Under the pieces are notes generated by a model. It did no database searches. It saw nothing but the letters and a program-made list of their open reading frames with translations, and was not told where the DNA came from. A DNA stretch of 64,000 nt from an uncultured virus (IMG/VR IMGVR_UViG_3300033072_000717). Its lineage: Duplodnaviria; Heunggongvirae; Uroviricota; Caudoviricetes. Below, piece after piece: positions 8,321-17,172 of the stretch; position 1 is the stretch's first letter, and each line of letters starts with the position of its first letter. The stretch lies in IMG/VR virus record IMGVR_UViG_3300033072_000717; one strand, 5' to 3'. Made by a program: the position numbers and the translations under genes.

Positions 8321-9874
8321 TCACACGCGACGGATGAACATGGTCCCGAGGGTGGAGTGCTTGACGCGCTGAACCTCGCCGGTCTCGACCCATTTTGAGA
8401 CCACATCACGGAAGGCCCGCTCGGTGATCCCGCAGGGAAGCTCCCGGACCGAGCGATAGAACTGGGCGAAGGTGGCCGGCTTCTCGTCCGAGAGGCAGCC
8501 AAGCATCTGCGGGAGGTCATACCGCACCGGCCTGCCTCCCACCCCGGGTCGCTTTTGGACGATGACGGACAGGTGCATCTGCGCCTCGTCATCCCACTTG
8601 AACGTGACGGCATCGGACTCGGGGATGGGTTTGCCGCGCTGCTTGGTGGCCCACAGGTGGGTGGTGCCCTCCTTGACCTTCATGGTCAGGTTGGACTGCG
8701 CCTTGCGTTCGAGTTGCGAGCCAAGGTGCCCGCGGCCCTTCTCGTTTTCGCTGCCGGGGTTCTGGTGCAGGACGGTGATGACAGGGGCGGACACGCCATC
8801 GGCGCCGGACAGGGCGTGCAGTTCGGTGATAAGCGGGAAGCACTCGCCGGAGTCATTCGGGTCCACCACCAGGTCGGCCACGCCGTCGATGAACACCGAG
8901 TGTGTCCCGCCGTGCTGCCGGTGGTGCTTGCGGGTCAGCGCAAAGGCGAGTTTGCGGCACTCCGAGGCGCTTTTCCCCGTGAAGTGGTAGGAGTGGAACC
9001 ATGCCGGCGGGGCGTCCATCTTGGCCCGCTCCAGTGCCGTGCGGATCATCTGCTCATAGTCATACCGGCTCTGCTCGGTGTCAAAGTGGACGACGGAGAG
9101 CCCGTCCGGGTTTTCGGACTGGACGCCAAGGCAGTCGGTCTCGCTGCCCTTTTCCCGGAACACGGCGGCGAGCATGGCGCCCAGGAATGCGGTCTTGCCG
9201 GTCTTGGCCTGCGAGTAGAGCGCCACGAGGTTTCCGGGGGTGGCTATGATCGTGTCCCGCAGCCGGAACCGGGCCGGCGGCTCGGGCTCGACCCGGGAGT
9301 GGTCATACGCGCAGTCCGCCGCGTCGGAGGGAATCAGGTCGGAGGCGCGCTGGATTTCCGCGTTGGCCGCCGCCAGCAGTTCCTGCGGGTCACCCGCGTG
9401 CGTCAGGGCGGTCTCGGCCAGCTTGCGCCCGGACATGGCCAGCTCGCGCAGGACATGCTTTTCGCGCAGCACCCCGATGAAATATGCCGCCTGCGCCGTG
9501 GTCGGCGTGGCCTGCGTGATTTGCATCAGGTAGGCGATGCCGCCGACCTCCGCCAGCTTGGCCGCGCCCATCAGCTCCTCGGCCACGGTCTCGACCGAGA
9601 GCGGCAGGTGCCGGCGGGAAAGCGACTCCATCGTTTCCCACACCAGCGCATTCGCCGGCCAGTAGAATGAGCGCGCCGACACGCCGGCCTCGGTGGCGCG
9701 GCTGAACGTCGGGTGCCCCTCCGTGGAGAGGGAGTCCAGCAGGCAGCAGCCTATGACCTGGCGCTCGGCCTCCTCCGAGGCCGGCAGTTGGTCCGCCAAG
9801 GGCTTGGATGCTGATCGCCGGGGCCTGCGCGGTGCATCCGCAGGTGCCGGCTCCGGCGCGAAGTCGTCATCCAT
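8321..9874 (-). CDS. replicative helicase-like protein: DnaB N-terminal domain fused to RecA/AAA_25-type ATPase
   Basis: ASEEAERQVIGCCLLD..EVGGIAYLMQI (DnaB_N); Walker A SQAKTGKT, HFDTEQS, IDGVADL, RGHLGSQLERKAQS. Confidence 0.8.
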   Translation of the reverse strand: MDDDFAPEPAPADAPRRPRRSASKPLADQLPASEEAERQVIGCCLLDSLSTEGHPTFSRATEAGVSARSFYWPANALVWETMESLSRRHLPLSVETVAEELMGAAKLAEVGGIAYLMQITQATPTTAQAAYFIGVLREKHVLRELAMSGRKLAETALTHAGDPQELLAAANAEIQRASDLIPSDAADCAYDHSRVEPEPPARFRLRDTIIATPGNLVALYSQAKTGKTAFLGAMLAAVFREKGSETDCLGVQSENPDGLSVVHFDTEQSRYDYEQMIRTALERAKMDAPPAWFHSYHFTGKSASECRKLAFALTRKHHRQHGGTHSVFIDGVADLVVDPNDSGECFPLITELHALSGADGVSAPVITVLHQNPGSENEKGRGHLGSQLERKAQSNLTMKVKEGTTHLWATKQRGKPIPESDAVTFKWDDEAQMHLSVIVQKRPGVGGRPVRYDLPQMLGCLSDEKPATFAQFYRSVRELPCGITERAFRDVVSKWVETGEVQRVKHSTLGTMFIRRV

Positions 9875-9909
9875 GCTGGGGGCTCCGGTGGAGTGCGTGG
9901 TGGCGCCGG

Positions 9910-10521
9910 TCAGTCATTGGCACGCGTGTCCTCTCTCCTCCCCTCCAACTCCAGTTGCGCAATCGCCAGAGCCCGCCACGCCACCTTGACGGAGTGCGGA
10001 ACCCCGTCGGAGTCCACCTTGCCGCGCTCAAGGAAATGCCGGATGAGGGCGTCGGCGTGATCGCTGCTCTTGCCCCGGCTCCAGTGCAGCGGCTGTCCGG
10101 GATTGTGCTGCTCGTTGCCCTTGCGCGAGCACACGGCCAACGCGAGGATCGCGTCCGGGAAGTAATCAAGCACGCCGGTCGCCGCAGGAATGGCCTTCCT
10201 TGCCTTGGCGTCCTCGGGCTTGGTCATGTAATCAGGAAAGCCGACAACGGAGGCGGTGCGGATTTCCTTGGCGAAAACCGCCTGCTGCTGGACCGACTTC
10301 CAGCCGGAGGTATCGCAGTCGCCCTGCTTGGGCACCGGCATCTTCCGGTAAACGCGCGTGCCGGAGTCGATGTTTTCCACCGGGGTGCCGATGTCTTCGG
10401 GCTGGGCGAACCAGCCCTCGTGGAACGAGTAGAGCGGGCCGATGAGCCAATCGCCCTCTTGGACGACGCCGCAGGTGACGTTCTGCCATCCGGCAGGTGA
10501 GGTTGGGGTTGTCATTTCCAT
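9910..10521 (-). CDS. DUF5664-like dATP/dGTP diphosphohydrolase domain protein
   Basis: GVLDYFPDAILALA..GNEQHNPGQPLHW..DHADALIRH..D.DGVPH..KVAWRALA. Confidence 0.7.
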   Translation of the reverse strand: MEMTTPTSPAGWQNVTCGVVQEGDWLIGPLYSFHEGWFAQPEDIGTPVENIDSGTRVYRKMPVPKQGDCDTSGWKSVQQQAVFAKEIRTASVVGFPDYMTKPEDAKARKAIPAATGVLDYFPDAILALAVCSRKGNEQHNPGQPLHWSRGKSSDHADALIRHFLERGKVDSDGVPHSVKVAWRALAIAQLELEGRREDTRAND

Positions 10522-10754
10522 GTAGAGTTAAGGTATTCCGTCAAAAGTGCGACCTCGGCGTTTGCGGCCTCCTGGGTGTCGCTGACCCAGTTAAGCGCGG
10601 GCGGGATGCCCCCGCGGAACAGTCGGGGACCGGCTGGCGTGGTCATGCCGTAGCTGCTGGCAAACAGGCGCCACTGGCCCGTCTCCATGTCTAGCAGGGC
10701 GGAGACGGTCGGGATGGCGGCACCCCGCGAATGGCTGGCGGCCTTCTTCACCAC
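10512..10754 (-). CDS. hypothetical protein
   Basis: Overlap-coupled in the leftward operon. Confidence 0.5.
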   Translation of the reverse strand: MVKKAASHSRGAAIPTVSALLDMETGQWRLFASSYGMTTPAGPRLFRGGIPPALNWVSDTQEAANAEVALLTEYLNSTWK

Positions 10755-11104
10755 GGCAGAAAATCATCTTCCTCGAATGCGATCTCGGGCTGCCGAGCCG
10801 GCGCGACATCCGCGATCACCGGCCGCTTCGTCCACGCCGCCACCTGCCGCATCTCGCCGTGCCAGTGGTCGAGGCCGTGTGCCGAGGCATAGGCCAGTGT
10901 CGCCTCCAATTCAGAGCTGCCGCGCGCACTTCTGGTCATTGAGCGGTCGTGGCAGACGAACTCGGCGCCGGGCCATCCGCCGATCGAGTGGGGCCGCGAA
11001 TAGGTTGTGAGCCTGAGTCCGTTGCGGTGATACCACTCCATGCGCGGAGAGGGCGTCTCCGCCACTTCCACGAGCAATCCCCCGTCCTGATTGTCGGTGT
11101 TCAT
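10748..11104 (-). CDS. hypothetical protein
   Basis: First gene of the leftward operon; acidic C-terminus EEDDFLPW. Confidence 0.5.
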   Translation of the reverse strand: MNTDNQDGGLLVEVAETPSPRMEWYHRNGLRLTTYSRPHSIGGWPGAEFVCHDRSMTRSARGSSELEATLAYASAHGLDHWHGEMRQVAAWTKRPVIADVAPARQPEIAFEEDDFLPW

Positions 11105-11344
11105 TTTCCCGCACCACACCTTTCCTGCCGCTTGTTTTCCCGGGATTTCTTGGTGAGGATCGTCTGTATGTTGAACGGCTCCCGGGGTTGAAACCAGATT
11201 TCCCCGCGCCGGATGGCATTCTGGACTAACTGCTTCAAGTCCGTGGTCGCAATCGAGTTCATGGCGCAGGTGATGCACCAGCCTTGGAAGGGTTCAAGTC
11301 AAAAATGCCGCTTGACGGACTTGCCGAGCGAAAATACACAGGCG

Positions 11345-11620
11345 ATGATGAAGAAAAGAAAGGAACACAAGTTGCACGGGTCGGCACTGGCAAAGCGGCA
11401 TTTAGCGCAACTCGCCGTGCACCTGAAGGGGTTTCGCCGCGCCTCGGGCAAGACCCAGCGCGACCTGGCGGAGATGGTCGGCTGCTCGGCCCAGCAGGTG
11501 CGCAACGTCGAATTGGAGGCGAACTATCCGTCCCTGCCGGTCTATCTCGCCATGGCCGAGGTGACGGGGTGGGGTCGCTGGCTTCCTCGCGGAAAATGCG
11601 ACGGCTCCTCCGGCCCCTGA
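11345..11620 (+). CDS. XRE/Cro-family HTH regulator
   Basis: RRASGKTQRDLAEMVGCSAQQVRNVE...PSL; preceded by a TTGACG promoter-like site. Confidence 0.8.
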   Translation: MMKKRKEHKLHGSALAKRHLAQLAVHLKGFRRASGKTQRDLAEMVGCSAQQVRNVELEANYPSLPVYLAMAEVTGWGRWLPRGKCDGSSGP

Positions 11621-11661
11621 CTTGGCGGCACATTCACCCAAACCCCCAACCCAACCACTGA

Positions 11662-12015
11662 ATGAACTGGAACAAAGTCCAACTCGCCGGGCGGCTTACT
11701 CGCGACCCGGAACTCCGCAACACGCCCGCCGGCACTGAAGTCGCCTCCTTCACCATCGCGACCAATCGCGTATGGAAGGACAAGGACGGGACCAAGCGCG
11801 AGGAGGTAGCTTTCATTGACTGCGAAGCGTGGGGGATCACGGCCTCCACGATCTCCAAGCATTGCGCCAAGGGCCACGAGCTTCTGGTCGCCGGGCGGCT
11901 TAAGCAGGACACATGGGAGGACAAGACCACCAAGCAGCAGCGGTCGCGGCTCAAGGTGGTGGTCGAGGAGTTCCAGTTCGGGGCCAAGCGCGACGCGGCC
12001 CCGGCCCAGCAATAG
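11662..12015 (+). CDS. ssb: single-stranded DNA-binding protein
   Basis: NKVQLAGRLTRDPELRNTPAG..FTIATNR..FIDCEAWG..GRLKQDTWEDK. Confidence 0.95.
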   Translation: MNWNKVQLAGRLTRDPELRNTPAGTEVASFTIATNRVWKDKDGTKREEVAFIDCEAWGITASTISKHCAKGHELLVAGRLKQDTWEDKTTKQQRSRLKVVVEEFQFGAKRDAAPAQQ

Positions 12016-12056
12016 GCCGAGGGCTTCCCGGGGGAGGACGGCCCGGCTTTCTGACG

Positions 12057-12248
12057 ATGCCCTTCAACACGCAGGTGTTCCTGCTGATCCTCGCGTGCGG
12101 GGCCTTCTACTCGCTCGCGATGCTTTCCATCCACGCCGCCCGGCTGGCCTCGGCCCCGGGCAAGATACTGGTGCGCACGGTATCCGCGTGGGCATCCCTC
12201 CTCATCGCGTTCTCCTGCTTCACTTGTTTGGTCTTGATGCTGGCATGA
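12057..12248 (+). CDS. small membrane protein
   Basis: Two hydrophobic segments. Confidence 0.4.
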   Translation: MPFNTQVFLLILACGAFYSLAMLSIHAARLASAPGKILVRTVSAWASLLIAFSCFTCLVLMLA

Positions 12249-12437
12249 AACGGGCAACGCTTCGCTTCGTTCGGCAGGCATGGTGTGCGGGGAGAGCCCG
12301 CAACGGGTTTGCGTTTTTAACCTCATGAAACACCTGGCCGAACCCCTTTCCCCTCCCGCTCCCAGGCGCAGGTCGCCGTTCTTTGTTGCGCTACGGGTCA
12401 AGAAACCACCCGGAACCAAGGCGGGAGGGGCTTATTT

Positions 12438-13007
12438 TCAGGCCGGGAAAGTGGTCCACGCCCTGCCCCACCTGTAGCGATGCAGTGGGGAGTCAATTCG
12501 CGTGGCGGTTCGAACCAGCGGGAGCGCCTGTCGCAAGAAGAACGCATCCTCCGCTGCATCGAAGTGTTCCGGGAAGCGGCAGTCTGAGAACACGCTTTTC
12601 TTCCAGCAGCACCAAGACCAAGGCGTTCGGGTGATGTCCGAATAGCGACCGGGACCGAGGCACTTGGGCTGTTCATTTGCCGCCCCCACGACGGTTCGGA
12701 CCCGGAACGGCTCGCTGTCATCCAAGCTGGCCATGGAATCGTAATGCACGAGGTCGCAGCCGAGCCGCAGGGCAGGCAACACCGCCTCGGCAAATCCCGG
12801 GAGCAGCAGGTCGTCGTCGTCCACATGGCAGAAATACTCGCCTGCGGCCATGGCGGCCAGCGTGTTCCTCTTGGCCCCGAGCGGGCGAGTGCGGTTGTCC
12901 ATGAGGACCAGCAACTCGATCTCCGGGTGGTTCGGGATGGAGGCCAGGAGTTCCCCGAGCCGGGCGTGGCGTTCGGGCAGCGAGGGGACGCAGATGGTGA
13001 GCAGCAT
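12438..13007 (-). CDS. GT2-family glycosyltransferase
   Basis: LTICVPSLPER..GAKRN..AGEYFCHVDDDDLL..AEDAFF; paralog of 22752-23396. Confidence 0.8.
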   Translation of the reverse strand: MLLTICVPSLPERHARLGELLASIPNHPEIELLVLMDNRTRPLGAKRNTLAAMAAGEYFCHVDDDDLLLPGFAEAVLPALRLGCDLVHYDSMASLDDSEPFRVRTVVGAANEQPKCLGPGRYSDITRTPWSWCCWKKSVFSDCRFPEHFDAAEDAFFLRQALPLVRTATRIDSPLHRYRWGRAWTTFPA

Positions 13008-13067
13008 GTCCGTTAGGCGGACGAAAATCCCTTGACGTGTCAACAGGACTTGTTAGCCGTCGTGGCC

Positions 13068-13385
13068 ATGAAGAACCCCGTTACGCTGGCTGACCGAATC
13101 AATGCTGATGTCCAGTATCGCGGCATCAACGCGAGGAAGGAACACATGTTCGCCAACGGGGGACTGCTGGTGTCCCATGTGTTCGCCACGCTGGAGGAGG
13201 GCGTGGCCCGGTTCGGCAAGCGCATCAAGGTGGACCAGCGGGTGCTCACGCACTCCACGGTGTTCACCAAGGGCGTCGAGGACGGCGGGGCCGGTCGCTA
13301 TGCCCCGCGCAAGGAGGCGGACCGGCAGGAGCATTTCGAGTATGGTTCGGGGTATCTGGTCGGGCTGCTCGGGAGCGACAAGTGA
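13068..13385 (+). CDS. hypothetical protein
   Basis: Follows a CCCTTGACG promoter-like site; coupled to the next gene. Confidence 0.55.
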   Translation: MKNPVTLADRINADVQYRGINARKEHMFANGGLLVSHVFATLEEGVARFGKRIKVDQRVLTHSTVFTKGVEDGGAGRYAPRKEADRQEHFEYGSGYLVGLLGSDK

Positions 13386-14536
13386 ACCCGAAGCCAGAAC
13401 TCCGTTGCAGCCAGCTGGACCGCTCGATTTCGTGTCCGGGCTCGATGCTGCTGTGCGCAAAGGTCAATCCGCCGCCTGATGGCGAGGAGGCGTCTGACGG
13501 CACGGCGCTGCACTGGCTTGGCCACGCGAGAATCCAGAAGGAGCTTGGGGCTTCCGGCGACATCGGCGCGTCACCCGCCATCCCGGATGCCCTGAAGTTC
13601 TCGGCATGGATCGTGGATTTCTACGTCAGGACGATCAGCGCCCTCACCCCGCCGGACTGGAGCCTTGAACTGGAGGTCCCGCTGGAGGAGGACTACGGGG
13701 ACTTCACCCTGTCCGGGCACATCGACTGCGTGGCTGTTTCGCCGGACGCGACCCGCGCCATTGTCTATGACCTGAAGACGGGTTATATCCCGGTGGATGC
13801 CGCGGCGAGCAACTGGCAGCTGTTTGGCTACGCCTGCCTCCTCGCGAGCGCCTATCCCGATCTCCGCGAGGTCACGCTCTACATCATCCAGCCAAGGAAT
13901 GACGAGGATGCCGGATTCCACCGCGTCAGCGAGCCCTGCACGATTTCCGGGGAGAAGCTGGCCCAAGCCGTCGAGCACCTGAAGTCCGAAATCAGGCTCG
14001 CGCTGTCACGCCGGATGGAACTCAACACCGGGATCAAGCAATGCCGCTGGTGCGCGGCCAAGCTCCAGTGCCCGGCCCAAATCGCCGAAAGGGAACTTAT
14101 GAAGAAGACCATGACCAAGGATGAACTCGAAGCCATCAAGCCGGAGGCCGACCCCAGGGCGCTGGTGGATTGGTGCGAGACCCTGAAGATTCTGGCCCCG
14201 ACCATGGAGCAGGCGGAGGAGATGCTGCGCGAGTATGTGGCCAAGCATGGCCACGCCGACGGAACCAATGTTCGCGTCACCGCCACCACCCGCCTCGGGG
14301 GGTATGACATACCTGACCCGCTGGCGTTCTACGAAAAGCTGGAGCGGATGCTGCCGGAGAAGGAGCGGCTGGCCCAGGTGCTCAAGCCGACGATGAAGGC
14401 CATCCGGGAGCAGCTGGCCGACTCACGGGGAATCCCCGTGTCCTCCAAGAAGGGCGAAAGCGGCACGTCCCTGTTTGACGAGCACCTGCGTCCGCTGACC
14501 GTGCAGAAGCACAACCAGGTGCTTCATTATTTGTGA
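13382..14536 (+). CDS. DUF2800/Cas4-like PD-(D/E)XK exonuclease
   Basis: SCPGS, GTALH, SGHIDCV, VYDLKTG, NWQL.GYA, IIQPR, QCRWCAAKLQCP. Confidence 0.8.
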   Translation: MNPKPELRCSQLDRSISCPGSMLLCAKVNPPPDGEEASDGTALHWLGHARIQKELGASGDIGASPAIPDALKFSAWIVDFYVRTISALTPPDWSLELEVPLEEDYGDFTLSGHIDCVAVSPDATRAIVYDLKTGYIPVDAAASNWQLFGYACLLASAYPDLREVTLYIIQPRNDEDAGFHRVSEPCTISGEKLAQAVEHLKSEIRLALSRRMELNTGIKQCRWCAAKLQCPAQIAERELMKKTMTKDELEAIKPEADPRALVDWCETLKILAPTMEQAEEMLREYVAKHGHADGTNVRVTATTRLGGYDIPDPLAFYEKLERMLPEKERLAQVLKPTMKAIREQLADSRGIPVSSKKGESGTSLFDEHLRPLTVQKHNQVLHYL

Positions 14537-14560
14537 GGGGTGGCGGGGCCGGATACTGAA

Positions 14561-14818
14561 ATGACTATGAAACACAAAAAGACAGCGACGAAGAAGAAGG
14601 CGCGATCCGTTTCTTTGGCCAAGCCCGCCGACCCGCCCAAGAGATTTTTCTGGGGGGTGATGAAAGCCCACGGATGGGAAAGCCTAAAGGTGAACGGATT
14701 CCCGCTCCGCGCACCCGCAGACGGCCCGGATTACTTCATACCGCTCTTTAATTCCCGCGAACAAGCCGTCGCGTGGGCCGGGGGCGACGAGCGTGTATAT
14801 GAGTTCCATACCATATGA
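14561..14818 (+). CDS. hypothetical protein
   Basis: In operon, ATGA-coupled to the next gene. Confidence 0.5.
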   Translation: MTMKHKKTATKKKARSVSLAKPADPPKRFFWGVMKAHGWESLKVNGFPLRAPADGPDYFIPLFNSREQAVAWAGGDERVYEFHTI

Positions 14819-15351
14819 CCATGAACGATTCCAAACTCAACTCTGAGAAAATGCGCGAGGAGAACAATCATCTGCGCTCCCTCCTACAGCAGATGCTCGA
14901 CGTAGCCGAGGACTGTGACCCCACCGGCTACGCCGATGAGGTTGGCTTTGTGGACCTCGACAAACTGCACGCCGAAGTTCGCCGCGCCATTGAGGCGAAC
15001 CCGCAACCAACCCCCGCCCCAGGCCGCGCCTTGTGGAAAAACGGAACGCCTGACGTGAAGGAAGGCGGTCGTGAAATCTTCTGGTGCGCGACCCGCACCA
15101 GCGCAGGGAAGATTTGGCATCGACACCTCGCATATTTCAACGCGTGCATCATGTCGCTCTCGGACTCGTGCGACGAGCCGCCGGAAGGTGCGGTTCCCGT
15201 GGGCGACGACGGGGACTACGCATTGACCGGCTGGTATCAGGAGTCGTGCGATTACTGTGAGACTCAGTGGAGCTTCGACGGCGAGGTTCTGGCGTGGATG
15301 CGCCTGCCGCGCTGCGACGTGAACACCAAGGTGACACATGGCGGGCGCTAG
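14815..15351 (+). CDS. hypothetical protein ending inside an attC-like site
   Basis: DUF551-like end VLAWMRLP, then VNTKVTHGGR* encoded by the attC arm. Confidence 0.6.
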   Translation: MTMNDSKLNSEKMREENNHLRSLLQQMLDVAEDCDPTGYADEVGFVDLDKLHAEVRRAIEANPQPTPAPGRALWKNGTPDVKEGGREIFWCATRTSAGKIWHRHLAYFNACIMSLSDSCDEPPEGAVPVGDDGDYALTGWYQESCDYCETQWSFDGEVLAWMRLPRCDVNTKVTHGGR

Positions 15352-15381
15352 CCCGACATTGTGTCTGGCGATTTGTTAGCC
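15318..15381 (-). other. attC-like recombination site
   Basis: Minus strand: GGCTAAC-AAATC-GCCAGACA-CAATGTCGGGC [loop] GCCCGCCATG-TGTCACC-TTGGT-GTTCACG. Confidence 0.8.
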
Positions 15382-15393
15382 CTTTCTTTCGTT

Positions 15394-15777
15394 ATGGAAA
15401 AACAACCCGCATACTTCTTCAACATCGCGGACGCCAAAGACCCGGACGACCCGCAGGGGCGCACCTACCGCGAGGTGAACAACGCCAAGGCGCACGGCAT
15501 TCCTCTCGGCGCGCTCGTCGAAATCGCACACGACCCAGAATACCCGTCGCCGATGGACGGTGCGCGCCTCTTTGTGGTGATGCACGGTCGAGACTGCGAT
15601 GGAACGCCGCTCTACGAGCTGTGCGCTGACCCGGAGGACAACGTGCAGGAAAACCCGCGATTCCGAAACGCAAAGTGGCACGGCGGCTACAGCGAGGGCT
15701 CACTGAGAGTCATTCGCCTGCCGGGGGCTAACACCCAACTGACCGGCCCGAGGGGGTCCGGTCGAGTGACTGGTTAG
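15394..15777 (+). CDS. hypothetical cassette protein
   Basis: Cassette ends GTTAGCCC (15375) and GGGCTAAC (15725) are reverse complements. Confidence 0.7.
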   Translation: MEKQPAYFFNIADAKDPDDPQGRTYREVNNAKAHGIPLGALVEIAHDPEYPSPMDGARLFVVMHGRDCDGTPLYELCADPEDNVQENPRFRNAKWHGGYSEGSLRVIRLPGANTQLTGPRGSGRVTG

Positions 15778-15779
15778 GC
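15726..15779 (-). other. attC-like recombination site (54 bp)
   Basis: Minus strand: GCCTAAC-CAGTC-ACTCGACC-GGACCC [loop] GGGCC-GGTCAGT-TGGGT-GTTAGCC. Confidence 0.85.
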
Positions 15780-15802
15780 CCCTGAAAATAATTCACGAAC
15801 AC

Positions 15803-16156
15803 ATGAAAAACTATATCCGCGCTCAATCGGCACCTTGGCGCAATGCCGTCGAACTGTATATCGTTACGGAAGACAAAAAGACCCGCGTAAAAGAGGTGAT
15901 ACTCGAACGCGTCGAAGACGCCTGCCTGGCCTACGAGCCAAGTTTCAAAGTATCTATTGATGCCGCGCAAACGCTCATGGACGACCTTTGGAATGCCGGA
16001 CTTCGACCCACAGAAGGAACCGGCAGCGCGGGCGCTTTGCGCGCAGTCGAGCGCCATCTGGAGGACATGCGCACACTGGTCTTCAAGTCTAACACCGGAA
16101 ATCAACACCAAGCCCGATGCCCCGACGCAGATACACCTCTGAAGACCTTGCCATAA
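15803..16156 (+). CDS. hypothetical cassette protein
   Basis: AQTLMDDLWNAGLRPTEG..A.ERHLEDMR phage motif; cassette bounded by GTTAGGC (15773) and GTCTAAC (16087). Confidence 0.7.
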   Translation: MKNYIRAQSAPWRNAVELYIVTEDKKTRVKEVILERVEDACLAYEPSFKVSIDAAQTLMDDLWNAGLRPTEGTGSAGALRAVERHLEDMRTLVFKSNTGNQHQARCPDADTPLKTLP

Positions 16157-16578
16157 TGCAGCAACGGGGAGCCGGGGCTCCACTGCCCGCACGCCCGCGC
16201 AAGAGGCGATGCAACGAGGAAAGCCAGATGCAGCGCGCACTGGTCAAGTGGTGGGACTTCCACTCCGCCCGCACGTTTGGGCTTCCGCACCAGCTTCTTT
16301 TCTCAATCCCAAACGGGGGTGGCCGCTCGGGGCCGATAGCCGGAAACCTGATGAAGCTGGAGGGTCTTCGCAAAGGGGCTCCCGACCTTTGCCTCGCGGT
16401 GCGCAACGAGCGCAGGGCGCACGGCGCCTTGTTCCTGGAGATGAAGACCGCCACCGGGCGCGTTTCCCCCGAGCAGGCCGAGTATCACTCGATCCTCCAG
16501 CGGCAGGGTTTTCGGGTGGAAGTCGTGCGCTCGGTTGAGTCTGCCATTGAAATCATCAAAGACCACCTGCATCCATGA
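16117..16578 (+). CDS. VRR-NUC domain nuclease
   Basis: FSIPNGG.R..LKLEG.RKGAPDL..LFLEMK..GRVSPEQ. Confidence 0.85.
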   Translation: MPRRRYTSEDLAIMQQRGAGAPLPARPRKRRCNEESQMQRALVKWWDFHSARTFGLPHQLLFSIPNGGGRSGPIAGNLMKLEGLRKGAPDLCLAVRNERRAHGALFLEMKTATGRVSPEQAEYHSILQRQGFRVEVVRSVESAIEIIKDHLHP

Positions 16579-16847
16579 GTGTGCCCATCTACACACCTCG
16601 TCCCCTCAAGGCCGAAGACATCTCAGCGAAGTGGCTGCGCATTGTGCGGGAGAGCATCATCCGGGACTCGGTTTCAATCAGGCCCGGCGTGGCCAGCATC
16701 ATCGCGTATTCCAAGCGCCAAGACCTGTGGATGCACATCCAGCTTCCCAATGGCCACTGGGAGTTTGAAACCGCACGGGACAGGGATACGGTTTTTGCGT
16801 GGCTCTCGGGCGAGGTCCCCATCCCGGAGGAAGACCAGGCGCCATGA
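16575..16847 (+). CDS. hypothetical protein
   Basis: ATGA-coupled on both sides. Confidence 0.55.
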   Translation: MSVPIYTPRPLKAEDISAKWLRIVRESIIRDSVSIRPGVASIIAYSKRQDLWMHIQLPNGHWEFETARDRDTVFAWLSGEVPIPEEDQAP

Positions 16848-17140
16848 AGGCTGAACTCAAGCGGTGCATTGCGGCCCGGCGCAAGGTGCAGGAGGCAAGG
16901 GCAGAAGCCACTCGGGCGTGGGCTGAGTTTAGCGCCCGTGTGCGGGAGGCGAGGCTTTCTCGCGGGATTAGCCTCGCGAAGATGGCGGGGCACCTCGGGT
17001 GCAGCGTTGCCGCGATGGCCGGGCTGGAGGCCGGACGCAGGCCATGGACGATATACGAGGCCGTGGTCGTCGCAGCCTTCCTCTCGGGCCATCGCCGGCA
17101 CCCCTTATGGCCGAATGCGCCCGTTTACAAGAATCATTGA
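16844..17140 (+). CDS. XRE-type HTH protein
   Basis: REARLSRGISLAKMAGHLGCSVAAMAGLEAGRRPW. Confidence 0.7.
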   Translation: MKAELKRCIAARRKVQEARAEATRAWAEFSARVREARLSRGISLAKMAGHLGCSVAAMAGLEAGRRPWTIYEAVVVAAFLSGHRRHPLWPNAPVYKNH

Positions 17141-17172
17141 CTCTCTTTTCGGCGCGCTGAACGTGTGCGCCA

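Noticed and set aside
9910..10521. Z-genome or 7-deazaguanine DNA modification system
   Set aside because: No PurZ, DpdA, FolE/QueC/D/E or dedicated polymerase recognised in the window.
13382..14536. Cas4 as evidence of a CRISPR system
   Set aside because: Stand-alone DUF2800-type phage exonuclease in the replication/recombination module.
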